From contig NW_026782221.1 in NCBI RefSeq assembly GCF_031769215.1, forward strand, positions 186,001-250,000: 64,000 nucleotides of DNA, read 5' to 3'. The number at the start of each line of letters is the position of its first letter. Position 1 is the first letter of the stretch. This DNA is from Ylistrum balloti (lineage: Eukaryota). Positions 23,572-37,700 of this stretch are shown in pieces. Made by a program: the position numbers and the translations under genes. The notes beneath the pieces are model-generated. The model saw only the letters and a list, made by a program, of their open reading frames with translations. It was not told the origin of the DNA and did no database searches.

Positions 23572-25038
23572 ATCCATCCCCTTCTGAAATATGTCCCTCT
23601 ACGTACGTATTTGGTCGAATTTTCATTGGTTGGGATGCTCTCTCATTAGAAGATTGAAAAGTGACTATACGAATTATTGAACACAGTAAAGTGTTACATT
23701 CTTTAGCTATAACATTTATCTAGGGTTTGCTGGACTGTTGTTAAAGCACCAGCTGTACCAGGGTATTTAGTGATGGTCTGAAATAGGTCTACAAGAATAC
23801 TGTGTTATGTACGGTTCTATTAGATAGAGGTGGTCCCTGTCTTGTGGAACATGTTGTTAGATGCAGGTTTATCACTATATCAAAAAAAAGTATAAAAAAA
23901 TTATCGAAATCATTACCAGATAACGAACTACACTATATATCACTAACAGACACAATTATACTTCATTACGATGTCTAATTAGACATTATCCCTTCACATG
24001 ATTTCAATTAAGATTTTTCTGCTAGGGCCAGTTTTTCATAGATGATATACACAGTATGGATGAAATAAGCCTCAAAATACACAAAAAAAAACGTCAAATA
24101 GTTAATTATTAATTGTTGTCTGATCAGCATTTACAATATAAGGATATATATCCGCTAACAGAAGAGTTTAAAGAAGTATTGGGATAAACAATTCACGTCA
24201 TAGAGAAATCAAATACATGTATATAGAAAAACAGTCAAATGAAACACCGGTCATAAGCCAGATAAGTAAAACAAGATTTAAACAGAAACCAAATATATAA
24301 CTTGTACACAACAGAAATGATATGCCAGTATTACTAACAGCTATTGAAGAAACACCACACAATTTATGACACCTAACATACAACATACATCAAAACAATT
24401 TGTATACCTAACGGGACGTCTGATCGATACAAGCGTGGTGATAAACTATCTCTGAAGCGTTCAACACGTTTTCTACAGAGACTTGTAACTAAAACATAAA
24501 ACAAGGAGAGTATGATATATATCACACCAAACAGATAGGCGTGGCCTTGACTCCCAAAGATACATTTCTGGCAGAGTCAGCATGAGAGCATTTTCATATT
24601 TCGAACGTATAATATTTCTGAACGTAACAACAGTGTTAGAGATCATTCTTTATTTTTATGACTAGGGACGAATAAAACCACACATCTCAGAAAAAAACTT
24701 GGTATGGGATGATTATTGTTTGTAGAGTAGTGGAACTATGTTTTATATATACCTCTAACTGGTTACAACCATGTGTCAGTTTATCACCTTTCCCTACATT
24801 TCATTAGATGGAAAAGACCAGAATCATGTAATCATGCATTTCTGATAAAAGCTGAGAAATAATAAAAGTATCTTATGAAATAAATTACATATTACAACAG
24901 CAGAAAAATGAAGAAAATGCACGGAATTTAAAACTTATACGACAAAAAAGTGAAAAAGAAAAAATAGAAGTCATTACAAAACTGTTAAATTCCAACGTCA
25001 CCGAGATGGGTTGCCTATAGTACCAGCACATTACAAAG

Positions 25039-25860
25039 TCAGCAATACTTCGGGGTGATGATGGAATATAACACCATCTCACGGAATATCATACTCTCAT
25101 TCCACCGTCCGTCTGATGTCTGAACATGCTTCACAAACCCGTACTTCTGTCCGAGTTCCGAGCACGGAACACTGGCGTACTGGTTTAAAGGGATATACTT
25201 CTCCGCCTTGTGGGAATATGTAGGAGATTCACAAATATCCAAATCAACGGCATGTAATCCACTATTCAGGTTACAGGGCACAGGAAGTGAGAGGTGTGCA
25301 AACTTCCGCCGAACAGGTGGTAAGATCTTGTATATCGGTGCTGTAAACTGTGGACGTCTAACGTAGATCTCGTGATACATGTGTGTTTCATTGTTATTCC
25401 AGAAAAAGATATCAACGTATGGCCATCTAAATGGTTTGTATGGAAGGTGTTTGGATCTTGCGTCATAAAACTTCCAGGCATAATTAACTGGAGTAAAAAA
25501 GTCAAAATCAGGCTTCATTTTGGGTAAAATTTCAGCCAATCGATCTCTATCAGATGCGTTGACCAGGACATCAACGTCGTCATCCCAGGGTATAGGGCCA
25601 TGGTGCCTGAAGGATCCAATCAGAGTTCCACCTTCCAGTATATACGTGATATTATTCTCCGTCATTAATTTGTCGAAACGCTCCAAAGTCCGTAGTAAGT
25701 CATCAATATCATTATCCGTAATTTGTGGTTTAAACGGGCTGCTAGGCATTTCTTGTTTGTTCCGAAACTTGAATCCGAATATAAAAGCATAAATGAAGCC
25801 ACAGCTAAGCAGTACTTCAAGGCAAACTTTCCATATACATGGTTTTGGTATTGAGTACAT
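25039..25860 (-). CDS. LicD/fukutin-family phosphotransferase, paralogue 1 (type II membrane, single coding exon, 273 aa)
   Basis: LEGGTLIGSFRHHGPIPWDDDVDV and WPYVDIF match the LicD nucleotidyltransferase signature. N-terminal hydrophobic segment. The track start at 25875 is TTG; ATG is at 25860. An acceptor lies upstream at ~25923. Confidence 0.92.
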   Translation of the reverse strand: MYSIPKPCIWKVCLEVLLSCGFIYAFIFGFKFRNKQEMPSSPFKPQITDNDIDDLLRTLERFDKLMTENNITYILEGGTLIGSFRHHGPIPWDDDVDVLVNASDRDRLAEILPKMKPDFDFFTPVNYAWKFYDARSKHLPYKPFRWPYVDIFFWNNNETHMYHEIYVRRPQFTAPIYKILPPVRRKFAHLSLPVPCNLNSGLHAVDLDICESPTYSHKAEKYIPLNQYASVPCSELGQKYGFVKHVQTSDGRWNESMIFREMVLYSIITPKYC

Positions 25861-26824
25861 GTCAGCGTTCAACACTCAACTTGTATAAGCTGTGGACCAA
25901 GTCTGAGTAAACAGGATGTCACTACAACAAGAAACAAACATGTTTTAAGTTCAGAAACTCCTGGAACTGTTCGGATGAATGTTATCCACTTTCTTCACCA
26001 AGTTACAATCCAATAACAACCAAGGGCACATTGTAGTTACACAAACTTCTCTCATTCAATTTGGATAGCCGTGGTAAGAACCGATCTCCATCTATAAACA
26101 TCAAATGGGTGCTACTTCCTCGAAACTAACTGGTAACTTTAAAACGTTTCTGTATTATCTAATATTGTGAGAGAGGAACTACACTACAGCTGAGTATTGT
26201 GTAGAGGACGGTGCTGGAATGGATAGATAAGCTTAGCTTGCACACAGTCTGATCGTTCCCCTCGGGCTGTAGGCCGTTATGTCCATCCTTCTTGTCTAGG
26301 TGATAAAATTCTCCGCGACAACACACCGGATCATATTTCTACAGCCAAGGCGAAACCAAGTGATATTGACATGCATCCTGTCAGACAACTGTATCCACAT
26401 TGATTTACGTGTACCTGTAAACTGCTGTATTCTTTTCGTTTTTGCTGCGTAAACTATTTCCGATATCAGGTTTACATTCCGCAAATGAATATAAACTCAA
26501 TACAAAATTCGAACAAATTTGTTCTCGTGACCTGTTATGTTTTGATTAAACTCTATTGAGTTTATTTTGGAGGGGAAAGCGTTTACATGGACAAATGGAC
26601 GTAATTTTATACAGTAGGAACTAATGAGATATGTGTCATTTTCTGTCTTGGGGTGTCATGAAGGAATGTCATTCGTTGACGGAGGTTGTAAAGCCCTTGT
26701 TTTGTATCTCGCACTCTCATTGGAAGACACTGGTGCGGAGGTTACAATGGATCTCAATCGATTTGCCTTCATCTAGTCTTCAAACGGGGGCAGAAAATAC
26801 CAAGAAACAATTATAATCAAATCC

Positions 26825-28985
26825 ACAGGGACCCATATCAAACAAATCTACAGGACTCAGACCGAACAAACACACGGGGACCCAAATCAGACACACATAC
26901 AGGGACCCATAACAGACAAATCCACAGGGATACAGATCAATAGGGACCCAGATCAGACAAAAGCCACAGACACCCAGATCAGACAAAAAGCCATAGAGAC
27001 CCAGATAAGACAAAGTCACAGACACCCAGAGCAGACAAAAAGCCACAGACACCCAGATCAAACAAAAGCCACAGACACCCAGATCAAACAAAAGCCACAG
27101 ACACCCAGATCAGACAAATAGCCACAGACACCCAGATAAGACAAAGTCACAGACACCCAGATCAGACAAAAGCCACAGAGACCCAGATAAGGCAAAGTCA
27201 CAGACACCCAGATCAGACAAAAGCCACTGACACCCAGATCAGACAAAGTCACAGAGACCCAGATCAGACAAACTCACAGAGACCCCGATCAGACAATGTC
27301 ACAGAGACCCAGATCAGACAAAGTCACAGAGATCCAGATCAGACAAACTCACAGAGACCCCGATCAGACAATGTCACAGAGACCCGGATCAGACAAAGTC
27401 ACAGAGATCCAGATGAGACAAAGTCACAGAGACCCAGATCAGACAAAAGTCACAGACACCCAGATCAGACAAAGTCACAGACACCCAGATCAGACAAAGC
27501 CACAGAGACCCAGATCAGACAAAGTCACAGAGACCCAGATCAGACAAAGTCACAGAGATCCAGATGAGCCAAAGTCACAGAGACCCAGATCAGACAAAGC
27601 CACAGAGACCCAGATCAGACAAAGTCACAGAGACCCAGATCAGACAAAGTCACAGAGACCCAGATCACAGAGACCCAGATCAGACAAAGTCACAGAGATC
27701 CAGATGAGACAAAGTCACAGAGACCCAGATTTCACAAAGCCACAGAGACCCAGATCAGACAATGTCACAGAGACCCAGATCAGACAAAGTCACAGAGACC
27801 CAGATCAGACAAAGTCACAGAGACCCAGATCAGACAAACTCACAGAGACCCCGATCAGACAATGTCACAGAGACCCAGATCAGACAATGTCACAGAGACC
27901 CAGATCAGACAAAGTCACAGAGACCCAGATCAGACAAAGTCACAGAGACCCAGATCAGACAAAGCCACAGAGACCCAGATCAGACAAAGTCACAGAGACC
28001 CAGATCAGACAAAGTCACAGAGACCCAGATCAGACAAAGTCACAGAGATCCAGATCAGACAAACTCACAGAGACCCCGATCAGACAATGTCACAGAGACC
28101 CAGATCAGACAATGTCACAGAGACCCGGATCAGACAAAAGTCACAGACACCAAGATAAGACAAAGTCACAGACACCCAGATCAGACAAAGTCACAGAGAC
28201 CCAGATCAGACAAAGTCACAGAGACCCAGATCAGACAAAGTCACAGAGATCCAGATCAGACAAAGTCACAGAGATTCAGATGAGACAATGTCACAGAGAC
28301 CCAGATCAGACAAAGTCACAGAGACCCAGATCAGACAAAGTCACAAAGACCCAGATCAGACAAAGTCACAGAGACCCAGATCAGACAAAGTCACAGAGAT
28401 CCAGATCAGACAAAGTCACAGAGACCCAGATCAGACAAAGTCACAGAGACCCAGATCAGACAAAGTCACAGAGACCCAGATCAGACAATGTCACAGAGAC
28501 CCAGATCAGACAAAGTCAACGAGACCCAGATCAGACAAAGTCACAGAGACCCAGATCAGACAAAGTCACAGAGACCCAGATCAGACAAAGTCACAGAGAC
28601 CCAGATCAGACAAAGCCACAGAGACCCAGATCAGACAAAGTCACAGAGACCCAGATCAGACAATGTCACAGAGACCCAGATCAGACAAAGTCACAGAGAC
28701 CCAGATCAGACAAAGTCACAGAGACCCAGATCAGACAAAGTCACAGAGATCCAGATCAGACAAAGTCACAGAGACCCAGATCAGACAAAGTCACAGAGAC
28801 CCAGATCAGACAATGTCACAGAGATCCAGATCAGACAGTCACAGAGATCCATATCTGACAAAGTCACAGAGATCCATATCTGACAAAGTCACAGAGATCC
28901 AGATCAGACAAAGTCACAGAGACCCAGATCAGACAAAGTCACAGAGACCCAGATCAGACAAACTCACAGAGACCCAGATCAGAAA
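26825..28985. repeat. 25-bp minisatellite (ccagatcagacaaagtcacagagac)n, ~85 copies
   Basis: Direct reading; degenerate at the left edge and homogeneous further in. Confidence 0.97.
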
Positions 28986-30011
28986 ACCTTTTCAGAGATC
29001 CAGATCAAACAAGCGTTGGTGCTGAGGTTACAATGAATCTCTGTCGATTTGCCTGCAACTATTCTTCAAACGAACCGGGGATACAAAACGCCATAAAACA
29101 ATTAAAATCCTATCCACATTGGCCCATATCAGATCAGTAGATGATATCAACGTACTTAACAGAAATGTACGGTCCAGATAAAATATGGAAGGATTTACCA
29201 TTATTAGGATAATTAGCTTTGTTTGGAATGTTCTGACAGTTGTATGGAACACTGCAGAATCATAATTATAAAGGCAATACATTAGCGCCTCGACAGCTTT
29301 AACAACTTACCAAGTTATATCTCAAAGAACACATATTTAAACTGTTATCTGAAACTAAATGACTCCCAGCTTCTATTGCACTCATGCATTTATGTTTCGT
29401 TGCTATTTATGGAAGAGGAAGATGTAATTACAACAGATTCCAAAGCCAAGCTGAAATCGATTGGAGACATTCTTCGGGTTCTCGTGCTAATATATCTGTG
29501 TGATTGGAAGTGCCGAATATCTAGTACTTTTCTAAATAATGTGCGCCTTTTTCACGAACAACTTATGAGCAAATCAAATAAGATCTATATCAAGACTTCC
29601 TTCGTGGAAACATTAAGTTAGAATGAATTTTCTTCACTGGCGAAAACTTGTCACACTTCGTCCAATATTACTGAATGTTACAGTGTGCATCAAGTGATAT
29701 TGAAGAACAGGAACTCGTGTTCTCGGCTTGGTAAGCACAGAACTATGTTCACGTGTATTACGTAAGACATTTCACTCTCCCTAGTATCAAGTCGCGATAC
29801 CGGAGTGTTACGTTTTACCACGAGGCAACAGAAATCAATAGAACAATCGTATTACTTTTTGTAACAGTACAGTCTAATGTCATTTCCATGGCAATACTGT
29901 TTCCTCTAAAACACCGGAGTTGCTACCTATCCATTACACACTTGTTATGCATTGAAGCTTACATACGACTTAACATTGTAGTACCAGTATACTCGGACGT
30001 TACCCACGTAA

Positions 30012-33000
30012 ACAATGTAGTTGTCCAGTCAACCGAACCATGTAGTCATCCAATCAACTGAACCATGTAATTGTCCAGTCAACCGAACCATGTAGTCATC
30101 CAGTCAATTGAACCATGTAGTTGTCCAGTCAACTGAACCATGTAGTAGTCCGGTCAATTGAACCATGTAGTTGTCCAGTCAACTGAACCATGTAGTTGCC
30201 CAGTCAAGTGAACCATGTAGTTGTCCAGTCAAGTGAACCATGTAGTTGTCCAGTCAACAGAACCATGTAGTCATCTAATCAAATGAACTATGTAGTTGTC
30301 CAGTCAATTGAACCATGTAGTAGTCCAGTCGATTGAACCATGTAGTCATTCAGTCAACTGAACCATGTAGTTGCCCAGTCAACCGAACCATGTAGTCATC
30401 CAGTCAGCTGAACCATGTAGTTGTCCAGTCAACTGAACCATGTAGTTGTCCAGTCAACTGAACCATGTAGTTGTCCAGTCAATTGAACCATGTAGTAGTC
30501 CAGTCAAGTGAACCATGTAGTAGTCCAGTCAACTGAACCATGTAGTCATCTAGTCAACTGAACCATGTAGTAGTCCAGTAAACTGAACCATGTAGTAGTT
30601 CAGTCAACTGAACCATGTAGTCATCTAGTCAAATGAACCATGTAGTTGTCCAGTCAACTGAAACATGTAGTTGCCCAGTCAACTGAACCATGTAGTAATC
30701 CAGTCAACTGAACCATGTAGTAGTTCAGTCAACTGAACCATGTAGTCATCTAGTCAACTGAACCATGTAGTAGTCCAGTCAACTGAACCATGTAGTCATT
30801 CAGTCAACTGAACCATGTAGTTGCCCAGTCAACTGAATCATGTAGTAATCCAGTCTATTGAACCATGTAGTCATCTAGTGAACTGAACCATGTAGTTGTC
30901 CAGTCAACTGAACCATGTAGTAATCCAGTTAACTGAACCATGTAGTCATCTAGTCAACTGAACCATGTAGTTGTCCAGTCAACTGAACCATGTAGTCATC
31001 TAATCAACTGAACCATGTAGTTGTCCAGTCAACTGAACCATGTAGTAGTCCAGTCAACTGAACCATGTAGTAGTCCAGTCAACTGAACCATGTAGTAGTC
31101 CAGTCAACTGAACCATGTAGTCATCTAGTCAAATGAACCATGTAGTTATCCAGTCAACTGAAACATGTAGTTGCCCAGTCAACTGAACCATGTAGTTATC
31201 CAGTTAACTGAACCATGTAGTTGCCCAGTCAACCGAACCATGTAGTTGCCCAGTCAACTGAACCATGTAGTAGTCCAGTCAACTGAACCATGTAGTAGTC
31301 CAGTCAACTGAACCATGTAGTAGTCCAGTCAACTTAACCATGTAGTAGTCCAGTCAACTGAATCATGTAGTCATCTAGTCAACTGAATCATGTAGTTATC
31401 CAGTCAACTGAACCATGTAGTAATCCAGTCAATTGAACCATGTAGTCATCTAGTCAACTGAACCATGTAGTTGTCCAGTCAACTGAACCATGTAGTCATC
31501 TAGTCAACTGAACCATGTAGTTGTCCAGTCAACTGAACCATGTAGTAGTCCAGTCAACTGAACCATGTAGTAGTCCAGTCAACTGAACCATGTAGTCATC
31601 CAGTCAACTGAACCATGTAGTCATCTAGTCAACTGAACCATGTAGTTATCCAGTTAACTGAACCATGTAGTTGCCCAGTCAACTGAACCATGTAGTTGCC
31701 CAGTCAACCGAACCATGTAGTCATCCAGTCAATTGAACCATGTAGTAGTCCAGTCAACTGAACCATGTAGTAGTCCAGTCAACTGAACCATGTAGTAGTC
31801 CAGTCAACTGAACCATGTAGTAGTCCAGTCAACTGAACCATGTAGTCATCTAGTCAACTGAACCATGTAGTTGTCCAGTCAACTGAACCATGTAGTCATC
31901 TAGTCAACTGAACCATGTAGTTGTCCAGTCAACTGAACCATGTAGTAGTCCAGTCAACTGAACCATGTAGTAGTCCAGTCAACTGAACCATGTAGTCATC
32001 TAGTCAACTGAATCATGTAGTTATCCAGTTAACTGAACCATGTAGTTGCCCAGTCAACCGAACCATGTAGTTGCCCAGTCAACCGAACCATGTAGTCATC
32101 CAGTCAATTGAACCATGTAGTAGTCCAGTCAACTGAACCATGTAGTAGTCCAGTCAACTGAACCATGTAGTAGTCCAGTCAGCTGAACCATGTAGTTGCC
32201 CAATCAACCGAACCATGTAGTCATCTAGTCAACTGAACCATGTAGTTGTCCAGTCAACTGAACCATGTAGTAGTCCAGTCAACTGAACCATGTAGTAGTC
32301 CAGTCAACTGAACCATGTAGTAGTCCAGTCAACTGAACCATGTAGTCAACTAGTCAACTGAATCATGTAGTTATCCAGTCAACTGAACCATGTAGTTGTC
32401 CAGTTAACTGAACCATGTAGTTGCCCAGTCAACCGAACCATGTAGTTGCCCAGTCAACCGAACCATGTAGTAGTCCGGTCAACCGAACCATGTAGTAGTC
32501 CAGTCAACTGAACCATGTAGTAGTCCAGTCAACTGAACCATGTAGTAGTCCAGTCAACTGAACCATGTAGTCATCTAGTCAACTGAATCATGTAGTTGTC
32601 CAGTCAACTGAACAATGTAGTCATCTAGTCAACTGAACCATGTAGTTGTCCAGTCAACTGAACCATGTAGTAGTCCAGTCAACTGAACCATGTAGTAGTC
32701 CAGTCAACTGAACCATGTAGTCATCTAGTAAACTGAATCATGTAGTTATCTAGTCAACTGAACCATGTAGTCATCTAGTCAACTGAACCATGTAGTTGTC
32801 CAGTCAACTGAACCATGTAGTTGCCCAGTCAACCGAACCATGTAGTCATCCAGTCAATTGAACCATGTAGTAGTCCAGTCAACTGAACCATGTAGTCATC
32901 TAGTCAACTGAACCATGTAGTTATCCAGTTAACTGAACCATGTAGTTGCCCAGTCAACCGAACCATGTAGTTGCCCAGTCAACCGAACCATGTAGTCATC

Positions 33001-33730
33001 CAGTCAATTGAACCATGTAGTAGTCCAGTCAACTGAACCATGTAGTCATCTAGTCAACTGAACCATGTAGTTATCCAGTTAACTGAACCATGTAGTTGCC
33101 CAGTCAACCGATCCATGTAGTTGCCCAGTCAACCGATCCATGTAGTTGCCCAGTCAACCGAACCATGTAGTCATCCAGTCAATTGAACCATGTAGTAGTC
33201 CAGTCAACTGAACCATGTAGTCATCTAGTCAACTGAACCATGTAGTTATCCAGTTAACTGAACCATGTAGTTGCCCAGTCAACCGATCCATGTAGTTGCC
33301 CAGTCAACCGAACCATGTAGTCATCCAGTCAATTGAACCATGTAGTAGTCCAGTCAACTGAACCATGTAGTCATCTAGTCAACTGAACCATGTAGTTATC
33401 CAGTTAACTGAACCATGTAGTTGCCCAGTCAACCGAACCATGTAGTCATCTAGTCAACTGAACCATGTAGTTATCCAGTCAACTGAACCATGTAGTAGTC
33501 CAGTCAACTGAACCATATAGTCATCTAGTCAACTGAACCATGTAGTTGCCCAGTCAACTGAACCATGTAGTAGTCCAGTCAATTGAACCTTGTAGTAGTC
33601 CAGTAAACTGAACCATGTAGTTGTCCAGTCAACTGAACCATGTAGTAGTCCAGTCAGCTGAACCATGTAGTAGTCCAGTCAACTGAACCATGTAGTTTGT
33701 CCAGTCAAGTGAACCATGTAGTAGTTCAGT
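30012..33730. repeat. 25-bp minisatellite (cagtcaactgaaccatgtag+5 variable nt)n, ~148 copies
   Basis: Direct reading; variable slot ttgtc/tagtc/tcatc/ttgcc/ttatc/taatc. Confidence 0.97.
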
Positions 33731-36536
33731 CATCTATAATGTTTTTGTGTTGAAAACATATTGCATCATGAATATTGGTTAAAAGGATTAAAATATTAGA
33801 AACTATTTACTTGTGTTGTATTTCAGGACAGTTTATAAGATCAAAGTCAGTATGAACACTAGCTTAGTACAAATACATTACAATGAAGTATGTGTCGATT
33901 TCTTACATGAGAGGATTTGCGTTCATACATTAAAATTCACGGACCTTCAATGTTGGCCTGTTGTGATGATTGGAAGGTATTTCAGGTGGGAAAAAATATA
34001 TTTCTATGTGCAGAATATATTCAAACGGGTCGCTTGCTCAAATTCCCACCTCAAAAATTAAATTGAACACCAAAAATATGTCCATAAAATATTGCTATAA
34101 TTTTGTTTGACAGAAATTACCAGTATAAAAAGGCTCTCGTGATTAATTGATATTGTGGTTGATACGATAATTGTATTTCTTATTTAAACAAATCTGATTT
34201 TCCACGGCTTCACCATAAATAACTTGGAAATAAATATTTTCAATAAAAGGTTTACATACACAAACGGATATAAAATGCTTTTAAACTTTTGCTTGCTTTC
34301 ATTAAATCAAATGTCGCAGAGAATTGCATTTCGTTCAATTTTGACAAAAAATATGGCACCATATCAGTATAAAAGCGACCTTTGATAGCTTATACTTCTC
34401 CAATGAACCATCAGTCATTTTTTAAATTCAAATTAAACGTAATATTTTTTTTAAAAAACAAGATACTCGTAGTGCTTTTCAAATTAATCAATATCATTTT
34501 CTAAATTCAAAAACCAATAAAAATCAATGTCTAAAATGTCATATAAAAATTTCAAGTTTTTAACGCCATACCTCCCTTACAACTTTTCGGCAAATCTGAA
34601 TTTTAGTCGGTCTCGATATGCTGTTACATGTTTTATACCGAGTGGTACAGAAAAGGAAGATTTCGCCATACAAATGTTAAGTAATCGGTTCTCTTTATAT
34701 TCTTGATCCCGTATAGACCAGCTACCATATTTTCGAATTATCACATTTTCTCGTTATATATAATATTAGTGCCAACCATAAATAACAATATTAATTCTTA
34801 ATTTCTTTGTCACGGTTTGGACCATTTTTTCAGTAAATTTACTGAACTTATAGAAATAAAAACATTAAGTTAGTATTACAAGGCTACACAGTGAAGATGT
34901 TGGTGACCAAATATAAATAATTATAGTTAACGCAAAAAGTATACGAAGCAGTTTAATTAAAAATATTTAGAGTTGTTATAAAATGTACATTTTTTTGTAA
35001 GTGTGGGTGTGAGACAACAATAACAACTTCATTTGGTCAATTCCTAGCTATGATATTGGTATAAGTATGTACAGCTATATTAAATTAACCAAACGGTATA
35101 TATCAAATACAGAGTTTAAAAAACAGTTATGTTAATGTAAATGCATTAGTAAAACTAAATGGCCCTGTGCTACAGGCGCTTATAGTGTCGTCACAATGGA
35201 ATGACATCACCCTACATGTCATTATACTAACAACCGGCTAAGGGGTCTTCACTATCGCCTCATAAAAGGACAATACTTTTAAAAACATTATTTTTTCTGA
35301 TATCTGAAAGACCCTACAATCTCTGAAACACATGATTCAGGTCTATTACAGACATTATGTATAAACATCAATTTTCCCAATGTAAATATGAAATGTTGGA
35401 TAATTTGTCAACATGTTATGTGTCTCGTAAACGACCAACTTCCCCAACCTTATAAAAACGAACATCAAATTATCAATATACATAGGATAAACTACCTTTC
35501 CAGATGACATACATGTATATTATTCTTACATAGTTTATGTGAATAAAGCCTAAATTATCTATCAAAGTTCTGTGTTTATATTTAAGGTTACAGGCGAGCT
35601 AGGGACATCTGTATGTTTTACTGTATATACATGTATCTGCTTTCGAACAAATGAGAGACATGGGCTGCCATTCTTAAAACCTTTTGTATCGATGATGAAT
35701 GAAGAATTGTCGGCTATAACATTCAAATCGATCTTGGCAAAATCGAGATAATTAAAATGTTAGCGTAATCACAGGCTTGCTAATTACCACATCATTAAAT
35801 GGAAATAAAAACAGCTCTCCTTATTATCTAGATTTTTATTTTATTTTCGAGACAAGGATTTACTGTAAAATTGGCATAAATTCGAACTTTGACCTTGAAG
35901 TAAAGTCAATACAGTGACTGTTTGGTGATCGTTTGTGTGTCTTTTATGCAATCTCCACTGTTTTGTATGTTTTATAAGTCTGATCTAGATACCTTAACGG
36001 TTTACAGGTTACATGGTGTATCTATGGAGATATATATTAGAAGAATGGTGACAACGAGAAAAATCAGTACTCGTATCGTATGTCGCGCTTCAATTTTATG
36101 GGGAAAATACGGAACGAAATAATAACCAACAGTAAACACATCATAAACAGCAGAGAAAAAGACAGTGACTCCGAATTTTGACAATAACTCAAACAATAAA
36201 TTACCTGGAAAATCCTTTAATTGTTCGTGTCATATTCATTTGAATGTTTCACAATAGTAAATTTCGGCATTTGGTGTTAAAAATGCAATATCAGAACTTA
36301 GCCATGTCCTATATTTGCCGTGGAAGAACAGCTAGGAACTCAGAATAATTAGTATCATTTCCTTAATTAAAATCCGCTAGTGAAATATTCGCCATGCAGC
36401 TTTAAGGCGAAAATAATGGCAATTAGACGCTGGTGAAAAATACAGTTATATGATATTGTGTGTATCACACAAGCATTGGCACAATAATTAACTGGTTCAT
36501 CTTATATTTTACATAAACCACGTTCAGTTCAGACCG

Positions 36537-37700
36537 TCATGGAGACTCGCTCCAACATGGAAGTGCTGTTTTTGTTTGGTACAGTACACAATTTCCAACC
36601 TTGACCGTTTCCATGACATAGTGGTCATGTGTCTCCCGAAACACAAAAGGGAACTTCCGATATAAAGTTTCACATTTCACCGTCTTCCGTGAGTCAGGGT
36701 CCTTTGACCTCTCCTCCTTATGGGTGTATGAGGAGGTGGTGCATAGTGAGGGGTCGTATGTCCTTGAGAGCACGCGTGGAGAGTTACAAGGCACAGGCTG
36801 TAACGATCCCTGATACGGTCTGAGTTGGAGAGGAAATACGTCGACTTTTCGAAACATGAAGAGCTGTGTGTATCGGTTAGCTTTATCCCAAATGTGTGTT
36901 TCATTTTCTCCAAAAAAGAATATATCAATATATGGCCAGGCAAATGGCCTTTTAGATCGAGTTGTATTTCTTAAAAAGAATTTCCACTGAACGAGGGGAG
37001 GGCGATATAAAGTGTATTCCGAAAGGGATTCCAAAGCACGTGACATGGCCTCTTTCTGAGATCCATTGACGAGGACATCAATGTCGTCATCCCACGGAAT
37101 CATTGTGTGATGACGATGTGCGCCGATCAACGTTCCACCATACAACATGAATGTCACGTTTGCCTTTTTCAGTGCTGAGGAAAAATGATGAAATGTTTTA
37201 AACATTGAATCCAGTTCCTGTATTGTCAGACCTGACCTAAAACGCTTCTCGTTTAACATTTCCGCCTCGGGATTTACCTCATAGGTCCCAGATCGCTGAT
37301 CGATTTTAAATAAAAATTGCAGATTTTGCAATTCAATTTCAAATGGGTGTCTTGCCTTTTCTTCAACCGAAATATTTGGCATCAACAAATAATCTGCATA
37401 CCGGCTATTTTGTCCCTTGTAGTTGTATAAATGTTCATAATACGGAGAGACATGACAGTGCTCTTTACTTCGTAATCCCTCGTCTGATTTAGACGTCGTT
37501 TTCCATATACTGAACAAAGCAAATGACACCGATACTATGCTAATTATTATTAGAATGAACATCCGCTTGCAGTTGACCTTTCTGGCGTAGCCGTCCCGTT
37601 TACCCTTCATGTTATTACAACCGAGTATGGTCGAAATGACTTTGTTACGGCGACTGCCTGGTGTATAGTACATGTCCGATTCGTCCAAATGGGTAAACAT
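36537..37700 (-). CDS. LicD/fukutin-family phosphotransferase, paralogue 2 (type II membrane, single coding exon, up to 387 aa)
   Basis: LYGGTLIGAHRHHTMIPWDDDIDV and WPYIDIF. TM segment MFILIIISIVSVSFALFSIW. Acceptor at ~37860 and donor of a probable 5' UTR exon at ~38125. The true start Met is uncertain. Confidence 0.92.
   Translation of the reverse strand: MFTHLDESDMYYTPGSRRNKVISTILGCNNMKGKRDGYARKVNCKRMFILIIISIVSVSFALFSIWKTTSKSDEGLRSKEHCHVSPYYEHLYNYKGQNSRYADYLLMPNISVEEKARHPFEIELQNLQFLFKIDQRSGTYEVNPEAEMLNEKRFRSGLTIQELDSMFKTFHHFSSALKKANVTFMLYGGTLIGAHRHHTMIPWDDDIDVLVNGSQKEAMSRALESLSEYTLYRPPLVQWKFFLRNTTRSKRPFAWPYIDIFFFGENETHIWDKANRYTQLFMFRKVDVFPLQLRPYQGSLQPVPCNSPRVLSRTYDPSLCTTSSYTHKEERSKDPDSRKTVKCETLYRKFPFVFRETHDHYVMETVKVGNCVLYQTKTALPCWSESP

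Noticed and set aside
27296-29025. ORFs of up to 520 aa as a protein-coding gene
   Set aside because: They are translations of the 25-bp minisatellite and give the same peptide in all three frames.
30012-33730. CRISPR-like array (constant repeat plus variable slot)
   Set aside because: The variable part is only 5 nt and drawn from about six recurring variants; there are no unique spacers or cas genes, and the context is eukaryotic.
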